Below the pieces are notes generated by a model that was not told where the DNA came from, searched no databases, and was given only the letters and a program-made list of their open reading frames with translations. Made by a program: the position numbers and the translations under genes. Of a stretch of 64,000 bases of DNA, positions 50,401 through 57,736 are shown piece after piece; within the stretch, counting starts at the first letter, position 1, and the number at the start of each line of letters is the position of its first letter. Where the stretch lies: positions 186,001 through 250,000 of the IMG/VR virus record IMGVR_UViG_3300029893_000001, one strand, 5' to 3'.

Positions 50401-51936
50401 CCGTGACGTTCGAGCCGGGTCTACGGTAGACCCCTGCTGGGCGCCCGGCGGCGGCTGGGGAGCCGACGGATCCTCAGCCTCATCCTCTTCGACGGAGGTT
50501 CCTTGAAAGCTGCCCCTAGCGACATTAGCGGCTGCACTAGGTTCGACTCCGTAGCCCCTCAGAACTACCAACAGTTGTCTATACCGAGACCTTTCTGACT
50601 CAGAGAGAGTTGCTTCTCCACCCTCCTGCACTCGGCGGTGAAGAGGCTCAAACTCTGCTGCAGCGGCTCGAAGCTCTTCCTGTGCGGCCGACCTAGCCGT
50701 AGATCTTCCTCGAAACGCCCGATCTGCAGAAGCCTGCAGCAGCGAACCAGAAGTACTAGGCAAAAACGTGAGAGCGGAAATGAGTTCCGGAAGATTCAAA
50801 CTAGACCACGGGTTTGAGAGGCTTGAACCCGCGACCAAATCTGCGAAGAAGCCAGTGTTAAATTGACGATTGCCCTGCTCGGTATACGTCCTAAATACCT
50901 GAATCCCTGAAATAGGGCTCTCGTTTGTTGGGTCGGCTGCTGCAGTTGTCTGTGACCCAGGAAGGACCGCGAACATTGTGTTCGTGTTCACGCGCATCTT
51001 CGACATCAGAAGGCGAATATCAGCGCATGAGACAGAAATCGTGTTCAGGCCGTCAATATAGTTCTCTGTTACTGGCTTAGAAACAATGAATCCGGTGAAG
51101 ACAGGGATCCATTCGTCCAACTCAGACGCAGGGTTATGGATCCAAACGCGCACTGCGTCGTGTTTGTGAAAGACGGTACTCCATAAATGCAGGGGAAATC
51201 TCCGACCTCCTGAATCTGGGTCCACCGGATTGTAGTCCTCACGGCTTTTTCGTGAGTACATGTTGTACTTGACAGTCTCGTCGTAATCGAATGCGTTACC
51301 ACTACCCAGAGGAGAAGCCGTACGGAACTGTCCCTGCAAATTCTCTGGAGTAATAGTGAAACGATGCCCCGCATTGTCGAGCGTGAAGTCACACTTGTTG
51401 TAGTCCGTACCGAATCCATAGGTTACGGAAATCGTGCCGGTCAAAAACGGGGTAACATCCTCACCTTCGATGTATACGACTGCATCGTGATAGAAAACCT
51501 GATGAGGTCTCTCCACGAAGTAGTGCGGAGCGCTCCCACCGCGCACAGTCGGATCTGCCTCGCGTGATGCTGTGAGATCTGCCGAATCGCGTCGGACGTC
51601 ATCACCCTCAGATACGCGCGAAGAACTATCACTACCTACCTCGTCAGGAGAACGACGAGGGTCAGGAGCGCGCCCGTCCGACCCTTCTTCGTTGCCGGAC
51701 GAGTTAATGATCGATGAAGCAAGAGACTGCGCCTGCTCCCTCTCTTGTCGAGGAGTCGTTCCGTCTGCAGTCTGAGTGGTATCTACAACGGAGGGAGGAC
51801 TAAGAACACCATCAACAGGATCGGAGGGTACCTGCTCAATAACCTCAGGAGACCTAATAATGGCTTCGCCAGGTTCCGGGAGAAACCTGGCCTGACCTCC
51901 GCCGATTCTTCGATTGCTATCGCCGCCACCAGGCAT
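47494..51936 (-). CDS. Baseplate hub-like tail protein with M23 peptidase domain
   Basis: N-terminal hub-like 'VYIEGEDVT...F.LDN...VFTGFI'; M23 motifs TSGFG, HPGVD, YAVADG, YRH, HLHFE (~48230-48560). Confidence 0.85.
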   Translation of the reverse strand: MPGGGDSNRRIGGGQARFLPEPGEAIIRSPEVIEQVPSDPVDGVLSPPSVVDTTQTADGTTPRQEREQAQSLASSIINSSGNEEGSDGRAPDPRRSPDEVGSDSSSRVSEGDDVRRDSADLTASREADPTVRGGSAPHYFVERPHQVFYHDAVVYIEGEDVTPFLTGTISVTYGFGTDYNKCDFTLDNAGHRFTITPENLQGQFRTASPLGSGNAFDYDETVKYNMYSRKSREDYNPVDPDSGGRRFPLHLWSTVFHKHDAVRVWIHNPASELDEWIPVFTGFIVSKPVTENYIDGLNTISVSCADIRLLMSKMRVNTNTMFAVLPGSQTTAAADPTNESPISGIQVFRTYTEQGNRQFNTGFFADLVAGSSLSNPWSSLNLPELISALTFLPSTSGSLLQASADRAFRGRSTARSAAQEELRAAAAEFEPLHRRVQEGGEATLSESERSRYRQLLVVLRGYGVEPSAAANVARGSFQGTSVEEDEAEDPSAPQPPPGAQQGSTVDPARTSREVAVHRGAGRIGRMRPGVFPFFGSLFGDPPRPYALETYFPSAARGASRAVTNRQIQQRMQNWYSLCVFGTPRRHNFTPSSGAGLLVEDAPPDHSIGNRRYWTEAEVHEAGRSTRREGAWHPEAQAVHFLSPGRNTPNDLLWTIEVVGAGNVAANLNWTNRLQLLTDACETADYRFWVSGCGDLIFEFAQYDFAPEDYGAWSEILTLDHHLTNESMDEEGGEVVTAVLANGSFVGIGNIDEGQITPLNPDRSVGIWSPNLASRLGLNVKVLTYPQITDVSRLEQVATLEFQKLLAAADRYQLGVVFRPWLTLNRPIFNLYRERIALVDGLSWTLPVTAGQIAGQQPPSMNITLNYTRSYDELGIPRYITGGPAHPMYFAIPADPRRSVVQSLQQRVRDFESAIRTIRTDGRSLTEQEFQALQDRYRAIIPNGQATYNVIDAAFSGAPSRPEGEEDSVVTELRALEAELDELTRNAGALTEEERASRLDAVRARVEELEATLRERGLDSSATHTPAGARPRVGVTGVRSTLTPSDDVEPADPPEASEEPTCSPGDPRFFSAPTGPSVRTVPRWAAWKRSLPGGRERRSILDRYARGQLPDEEIDRGVGTWQFAGEFPRIVTSGFGLRGGGWHPGVDIPMDLDEPCYAVADGIVFYTHPSVARNGRPGQGMSLGLIHADGFVTFYRHQNRLADGVELGATVKRNQIVSYTGFSGTEQRETQTHLHFETGAIFGSAAFQRYVGEGKQFRVVTAAERRRAGTTPAADATERARTQGSMRVVCGVGDEFAQFLTRWDPELVSRFNLGFLRMRDGSLGLGARLVLFYNPIPNSEPFSRAETVGRPGPDSDVISLQEYYDQFGLKGIPALRMAAEPTRFAPDPVPEIPSGVSDRRRRRLEQERSAIIARNERLAARAAAYTTSRNQQVAIFANEVPPNTCPPERYEGSIPRQAGEPLPNRRRLTRETAEAARRRSS

Positions 51937-51984
51937 AGAAAGACCTCAAGATCACCAGCAAGATAACCTAGGCGGTTAGAATAG

Positions 51985-52614
51985 CTACTGTTTAGAGGGT
52001 CCTGACTCCTCCGCGGGCTCAGATTTGTCTGAAAATCTCGCTCTGGAGGCCAGGACAGCAGGCCTCAACATTCGCAAGTACGTCAAACACATCTGACTTT
52101 TGACAATAGCATCCAGGTGATATTGGTACCAAGGATCTTGGACCGGGCTATCCGAAACGCCCACCGTCTTCACACAATGGTGAGCGTAAACCGCCTCCAT
52201 TCCGCACCTAGCACGACCCAACAAATCACAGTCTACGACATAAACGTCGGACCTAGACAGTACCCAAAGGTCAAGCAAAATGCGATATTCAGTGCTAAGG
52301 GGATTTTCGGTCGCCAAGATAGCCAGCTTCTCGATTTCAGGAGACAAAAGAGCGTCTACTAGCCTGGACGTGTACCCCTGAGCGAGCTTCAGCGACATGA
52401 GCTGGGCGCCCGTCTGAGAACTAGAGCGAGATTTCAAGAGTTCTAGAAGCTGCGGAGTAAGTGAACCTCCTGAAAGGAAGAATCGGAACGAGGAATTTGC
52501 TGCATCCTGGGCCTCTGCTCGCAAAACAGAGTCTATCCAGGACGGAGGTTTGGCCAGAACCTCCGAAGGATACCCGATGTACACTACGACTTTCTCATCT
52601 GCGTAGGACATCAA
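51985..52614 (-). CDS. Nucleoside 2-deoxyribosyltransferase-like (NDT/Rcl fold) protein
   Basis: VYIGYP...DLWVLSRSDVYVVD...GMEAVYA...PW pattern with the conserved Glu. Confidence 0.6.
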   Translation of the reverse strand: MMSYADEKVVVYIGYPSEVLAKPPSWIDSVLRAEAQDAANSSFRFFLSGGSLTPQLLELLKSRSSSQTGAQLMSLKLAQGYTSRLVDALLSPEIEKLAILATENPLSTEYRILLDLWVLSRSDVYVVDCDLLGRARCGMEAVYAHHCVKTVGVSDSPVQDPWYQYHLDAIVKSQMCLTYLRMLRPAVLASRARFSDKSEPAEESGPSKQ

Positions 52615-52617
52615 CCA

Positions 52618-53238
52618 CTAGTCTTCCTGCTCTCTCCTTCGGAGAGGCGCAAATTCCTTAGAAATCACGTTCCTGACGATAGCGTCCAGATCGTCTGAGA
52701 ACAACCCTAATGAGATCCCCAGATTTCGAACGAAGTCAACTTCGTCGAGACCAGTCAACGTCTTTTGGATGGCGTCGAGTGACATTTCTAGGGCATTTGG
52801 GTCTCCGATTTCTCTGTTGTTCTGAGAGATTTCTTCTTCAGCCCTCCGTAACGCATGATAGTAGCCAAGTGTACGACGAACTCTGTCTGCAATAAGGTGG
52901 TACACAGCCTCTTCGTAGAATCTAGAGGAGAACTGAGACCTGGGGTCCTTAGAGTCCAAGAAAATGTGTCGCAGAGATTCGTACAACAACTCTCTAAGGC
53001 GCTCCTTTTCCTCTTCAAGGAACTCAGGAACAGGACTGACAACGCCTTCAGCGTCCTCATCGTCGGAAGAATCATCCAAAACCGCTGAAAGCAGTCGAGT
53101 CTCAAACTGCAAAATAGCGGACATAGCGGCGTTACGCAGTTTTGCCGCAGCTCTTAAGTCCTCTTTGGGGTCCCTCAGGTCCTCATGGCCTTCGTCTGCT
53201 GCTTCGGGAGAGAAACTAGCATCGTCTTCAAATGTCAT
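52618..53238 (-). CDS. Hypothetical acidic protein
   Basis: 206 aa, GGGAG RBS, ATGA overlap. Confidence 0.65.
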   Translation of the reverse strand: MTFEDDASFSPEAADEGHEDLRDPKEDLRAAAKLRNAAMSAILQFETRLLSAVLDDSSDDEDAEGVVSPVPEFLEEEKERLRELLYESLRHIFLDSKDPRSQFSSRFYEEAVYHLIADRVRRTLGYYHALRRAEEEISQNNREIGDPNALEMSLDAIQKTLTGLDEVDFVRNLGISLGLFSDDLDAIVRNVISKEFAPLRRREQED

Positions 53239-53804
53239 GGCCGGTCTCCCTTAGTTACTTTCGCTAAGCCACCCTCATACATCATCTCCCTAACAATCTC
53301 CACCTGCAGCTTGAGGATGTTGTAAGATTGGTTCACGTTCTTCGTCACCGTCTCCGCAGCAGCTAAGATTCGTTTCACTGCAGAAAGACGGTCTTCGATC
53401 TCGGGACATGTCATTGCCACGACCGCCAAGCGTTGTGGATCGTTCTTCAAGAGCATGACTTCCTTCTTAAGGAAGATGTTAGTGCGGACGATATCGTGCA
53501 GACGCTCCAGCTTCCCACGAATATTGTCATACCTGAGCGTCACCTCCGCTGCTCGATCTTTGATCGCCTGCAACTCCGCGCTGACAGCTAGGCCCCGATT
53601 AAGATCAGCCGGTCCACGAATGGTACGGGCATTCTCTTCCTGCTCTCGCAGGTAAGGAAAGCTATTATGCAACTCTGAGATCAGAGAGGTGTCGGGCTTA
53701 AAAGATGACTTCTTCGCAGTCAAAATTGCACGTTCAATTGCAGGCTCGTCTCTATACTGAGAGACTCTAGCCTGCCAGATGCCATCATCGATGATCTCGA
53801 TCAT
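53235..53804 (-). CDS. Coiled-coil protein, possible UvsY-like recombination mediator
   Basis: All-helical, in the recombination cluster; start moved to the ATGA overlap at 53804. Function is inference. Confidence 0.45.
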   Translation of the reverse strand: MIEIIDDGIWQARVSQYRDEPAIERAILTAKKSSFKPDTSLISELHNSFPYLREQEENARTIRGPADLNRGLAVSAELQAIKDRAAEVTLRYDNIRGKLERLHDIVRTNIFLKKEVMLLKNDPQRLAVVAMTCPEIEDRLSAVKRILAAAETVTKNVNQSYNILKLQVEIVREMMYEGGLAKVTKGDRP

Positions 53805-54085
53805 CGCAACACCATGATCTTCATGTTGGGTCTCTGTGGAAAGGCAGGTGCAGCAAGTAGAGGACGCACGCACAGCCACGCATCATTTACCATTCTAAAA
53901 TCCGTCTTCCCACAGCGATCCTTGACAATAGTCTTGAACCAATCGTAGATCTGCTCCACCTTCGTCTCAAAGAAATCGATATCGTATCCACCACCAGCAC
54001 GATTTGCGGGATCCTGATGGGTATCGACCAACAACAAAACGTGAGACTTGTTCAACGCTTCCCAAACAGGCGAAAAATCATCCAT
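53801..54085 (-). CDS. Hypothetical protein
   Basis: Likely start ATG 54085 (MDDFSPVW), GAGG RBS. Confidence 0.55.
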   Translation of the reverse strand: MDDFSPVWEALNKSHVLLLVDTHQDPANRAGGGYDIDFFETKVEQIYDWFKTIVKDRCGKTDFRMVNDAWLCVRPLLAAPAFPQRPNMKIMVLR

Positions 54086-55130
54086 CAGAAGCCTCTGCCA
54101 ATAGCGCAAGCTCAAGCAAAGATGAGATCTCAATCTCGGCTAAAGCCACCTCTTCCTCCGAGGCACCCTGCTGTTTTACACCAGCCAGAAGCTTGTCGCG
54201 AAGAGATCCGTCGACTCCCAACGAGAGCGAGTTGTCCCGAGGAACCAGTGCCACCTTCACTACGTTAGAAGGTAGTTCACTGGGAATATCCTCCTTAGAG
54301 TCGAACTTCCACTTAACGTACGAGTTAGGAGGAAGAGGATCTCCCTTCTTCGCCTCCACGAATCTGTTGGACTCAATAGGTACGAATTGAGGATCTTCAG
54401 GAGTAAGAGTGTCCACTACAAGAACACCCTTAGGCCAGGTATCGCTAAACTTCGTCTGCAGAGGCGAGCCACTATAGAAGGCATTCTTGCTTACCGCCTG
54501 CACCTTGTGAATGTCACCAAGGGCCCAATATGTCACCGGTAGAGCAGAATCCGGCGCATCCACACCATCCTTGAGTCTGTAATAGCTTCCATCTTTCATT
54601 TTGATGTCTGTCTGCGACCCCCGAACCGTCTCATGGGCTACGACCACAAAGTGATCGTGCGGAACCATGATAGATGAGGCCCTAAAACCTTCCACTGCAG
54701 ACCGAACATCCTCCTGGAACCTATGCTTACGATGGCACAAGAGACAAAAGACTGTGTCTCGGACAGAAACATAAGCAGTCTCTTCAGTCACGCACGAATG
54801 CTTGAATTTACCGTGCTTGTACAGCAAAGCCAAATAGTGAATGGCCGTATACCCGGTAGCATCAATCAGATCGTGATTACCAGGGATAACAAATATGTGA
54901 AAACCGGCTGCATCGTACTCCAGCAGTTTACGTTCGACCATCTCCCTCTCGGCCTGAGTAGTCGTTTCTGGGTCATCAAAGATATCCCCAGCAACCACAA
55001 CCGTATCGATGTCGTGGTCGTACGCTACGTCGAAGATGGAGTCAAACATCTCCTCTTGCCGCTTGAGGTAATTAGAAAGATAGCGGTTCGCTCCCACATG
55101 AAGATCTGCTGTATGGACAAACCTCATCAC
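54078..55130 (-). CDS. SbcD/Mre11-like metallophosphoesterase nuclease (gp47-like)
   Basis: HTADLH, AGDIFD, PGNHD, AHE, LGDIH, YSGSP motifs. Confidence 0.9.
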   Translation of the reverse strand: MMRFVHTADLHVGANRYLSNYLKRQEEMFDSIFDVAYDHDIDTVVVAGDIFDDPETTTQAEREMVERKLLEYDAAGFHIFVIPGNHDLIDATGYTAIHYLALLYKHGKFKHSCVTEETAYVSVRDTVFCLLCHRKHRFQEDVRSAVEGFRASSIMVPHDHFVVVAHETVRGSQTDIKMKDGSYYRLKDGVDAPDSALPVTYWALGDIHKVQAVSKNAFYSGSPLQTKFSDTWPKGVLVVDTLTPEDPQFVPIESNRFVEAKKGDPLPPNSYVKWKFDSKEDIPSELPSNVVKVALVPRDNSLSLGVDGSLRDKLLAGVKQQGASEEEVALAEIEISSLLELALLAEASDG

Positions 55131-55771
55131 AACTCCGGCAGAACACCTTCGTGTTTGAGGTAGTTCAGAATAGTTGCAGATGCCTGCTCCCGAGAGAAGA
55201 ATCCTCCGCCCTGTTCTCGATGAACGAGATACCGCTCTCCCGCCCGCTCCCAGAGCCTAATTTGGTCAATGCCAATCTGGTCTGTTGCAATCCTCATCTT
55301 GAAGCGAACCATGACAACTGGATGTCTTTTGCACATCAAGACAAGACCAAACCAACTAGCAACCCCGTCAGCAACCTTAGTTTTGTGGATGTTAAGAACG
55401 ACGAATAAGCTTCTATCCCGCAAAGCCTGAAGAACTCTCTCATACGCAGTTTCATCTATGACCGTGATTCCAATTGTATCCGCAATAAATTTGGCCATAG
55501 GCAGAATGAATCGAGCCTCAGCCGTCTTTACTGGCGGAGGTACCTCCGGATACGCTTCCGGCGTTCTATAAGAGAACTCATACGTATCATCGGGTCCAAT
55601 GATATCAGGATCCGTATTGCCCATCTGAATAGGCTGGTTCGTAACTGGGTCATAAATCCTAGGATCCAGACGAGCCTGAGGGTCTTGGGCCAAACGCCCA
55701 GCCCGGATCAAATCCAAGACAGAGTTCTCCGAACCCGTTGGGGGAGCAGGACGCTCATCGCTTGTACTCAT
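55127..55771 (-). CDS. Hypothetical protein
   Basis: 214 aa, overlapping both neighbours. Confidence 0.65.
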   Translation of the reverse strand: MSTSDERPAPPTGSENSVLDLIRAGRLAQDPQARLDPRIYDPVTNQPIQMGNTDPDIIGPDDTYEFSYRTPEAYPEVPPPVKTAEARFILPMAKFIADTIGITVIDETAYERVLQALRDRSLFVVLNIHKTKVADGVASWFGLVLMCKRHPVVMVRFKMRIATDQIGIDQIRLWERAGERYLVHREQGGGFFSREQASATILNYLKHEGVLPEL

Positions 55772-56292
55772 GAATTCCCCTGAATGTACGTCCTTACGAA
55801 GGATCTCCCAACCTTAGCGGCTGACTTTCGAGTCGTGCAGCGGGTATACTCGTCCTGAGTCTCACGACGCAGGGTAAGACCAGTAAGTCGTGCACCACCG
55901 TTGCCATAACTGGCGTGCAGACTGAACACGCGCTCGCCTCTTACAAAGATCGCGAACGGGATCCAGCGTACCCGCAAGAATCCCCTCTCTCGACGAGTTT
56001 TCACGTCTAAGAAATCAAAGACGCAGTAAGCTCCAAGTGTCAACTGGTTCTCATCTTTAGAGGAGAGGTCATCCAGACACGAAAGAGGAACACCCACCTC
56101 AGACGCCAACTCTGTTGCCAGCGGTTTCACTGACTCTTGGAATCGGAGAGAGTGAATTCTGAATCTGGTCTCCTGAAAATCGATGAGACGACGACCGGTA
56201 TCAATCGATACGATGGGATTTGCTCCCAAAGTCAAAGTTACCGATCGTCGCTGCATCGATTCAGGCTCAACACTGTGAGATGTGGTGGACAT
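55768..56292 (-). CDS. Hypothetical protein
   Basis: 174 aa downstream of recA. Confidence 0.6.
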   Translation of the reverse strand: MSTTSHSVEPESMQRRSVTLTLGANPIVSIDTGRRLIDFQETRFRIHSLRFQESVKPLATELASEVGVPLSCLDDLSSKDENQLTLGAYCVFDFLDVKTRRERGFLRVRWIPFAIFVRGERVFSLHASYGNGGARLTGLTLRRETQDEYTRCTTRKSAAKVGRSFVRTYIQGNS

Positions 56293-56309
56293 TCCACAGC
56301 TTTTACAGG

Positions 56310-57650
56310 TCAGTCCCTCAGGATTTCTCCAAGGTCATCCTCATCTGAAACAACTGGCACCTTACGCCGCTTCTTTGGGACTTCCGTCATTTCCGACTCT
56401 AGAGCGACCTTTCCCTTTTTCCGCTTTGGACGAACTTTAGACGCCTCTGGCTCCGCTGGTGTTAGAACTGAGGCAATAGCCTCTAGCTCATTCTCTGCAT
56501 CCTCAGCAGCTTCCTCGTCAAAGTCATATAGAGACTCCCAATTGTTAGCACTGAAAAAGAGCTTGTACGCTAAATCAGATTCCAACTGAGTTCTGCAGGC
56601 AGACCTGAATTCGTTGGTACAGAGAACTCGCATCAAGTCGTCGGTGAAAAAGGCTTGATTATTCCACTCGAAGTCACCGTCTACCTGAAGACGGATCATT
56701 CTCTTGTTACCACTCTTCTCGACTTGACCAGTAAGCTCCAAGTAGCCCAAGCCATCACGGCCTCGCTCGTACCCCCGTCCGAAAGCCACGGTCATAGTTT
56801 CCGTGCACTCCAAGAAGGGAGGGAATTGCTTGTTCTTTTTGGTTGCAATATTGACGTACCTCATCGACCTATTACGTTCGACGAATGGCTGCTTAACGGC
56901 GCTCAAGCGGAATTTCAGATCAGGGTAGAACTTCCATGCCTGACCGCCAGGTTCGTACTCTGGATTACCAAACATCTGCCCAGGATTTAGTCGAGTTTGG
57001 TTTGTGGCGAATAACGACACATTCTTTCTACCCAGTTTCGACTTGACCAGGGGCAAATACATAGAGTGAACGGCAGCAGCCGCCGCCATTCTGACGTTCT
57101 CGTCGTCTTCTTCGATGGCCTCGGGGAGCATCGATGCAACCGAGTCAACAACGAACAAAGCCTGAGGAAGGGGACGCCCGCCCTCATTCGGTGTATAGTT
57201 CGGCAGAGCCCTAAGCAGACGAGCCATGGTTCTATAGGTTTGCTCTGCAGTATCGGGCTGATAGTAATGAAAGTAAGGATTCTTCCTACCGTCAGATAAG
57301 CGCATGCGGACTCCAAGGGCACGGAAGTACTTAGCGTCTGATGCTGTCTCGTGGTCGAAGAAAAATACCGGGATCTTCTGTCTGGTAGCATTGGCAATCA
57401 AATGACCAGCAGCAGTAGACTTACCACTTCCTTCCGGACCATAAGCATTAGTAACTTTCCCTGGTGGGAGCCCGCCCCCGGTCAAAAGATCGAGGATTAG
57501 AGAACCAAACGAAATTGCACCCTCAACATAAGAGCCACGGTCCAGCGAAACAGGTGGATTATCGGTGTCCTTACCAATCGTTTCAGCAAGCGCTGCAAGT
57601 TCATCAATATTTGTAACGTAGTTACGTTCAACGGTCTTCTTTTTTGCCAT
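56310..57650 (-). CDS. recA: RecA/UvsX-like recombinase
   Basis: LDLLTGGGLP.G, GPEGSGKST, DHE, VVDSVA, TNQ.R, PGG.A.KFY, KKNK..PPF; start set at ATG 57650 (AGGA RBS). Confidence 0.95.
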   Translation of the reverse strand: MAKKKTVERNYVTNIDELAALAETIGKDTDNPPVSLDRGSYVEGAISFGSLILDLLTGGGLPPGKVTNAYGPEGSGKSTAAGHLIANATRQKIPVFFFDHETASDAKYFRALGVRMRLSDGRKNPYFHYYQPDTAEQTYRTMARLLRALPNYTPNEGGRPLPQALFVVDSVASMLPEAIEEDDENVRMAAAAAVHSMYLPLVKSKLGRKNVSLFATNQTRLNPGQMFGNPEYEPGGQAWKFYPDLKFRLSAVKQPFVERNRSMRYVNIATKKNKQFPPFLECTETMTVAFGRGYERGRDGLGYLELTGQVEKSGNKRMIRLQVDGDFEWNNQAFFTDDLMRVLCTNEFRSACRTQLESDLAYKLFFSANNWESLYDFDEEAAEDAENELEAIASVLTPAEPEASKVRPKRKKGKVALESEMTEVPKKRRKVPVVSDEDDLGEILRD

Positions 57651-57681
57651 GTGAAGTTCCTGTGGGGGTATTAGTGTGAGT

Positions 57682-57713
57682 GAAGGAGTAAAGGAGTAAA
57701 GGATTGAAGGATG
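57682..57713. repeat. Four tandem 8-bp repeats in the recA leader
   Basis: gaaggagt aaaggagt aaaggatt gaaggatg on the + strand. Confidence 0.85.
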
Positions 57714-57736
57714 GGTCAACAGACCCTAAACTACGA

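Noticed and set aside
38542-51936. Extracellular contractile injection system or tailocin
   Set aside because: Co-oriented with phage replication genes; no bacterial housekeeping context.
57714-57719. TTGACC as a sigma70 -35 element for recA
   Set aside because: No acceptable -10 hexamer at 16-18 bp spacing.
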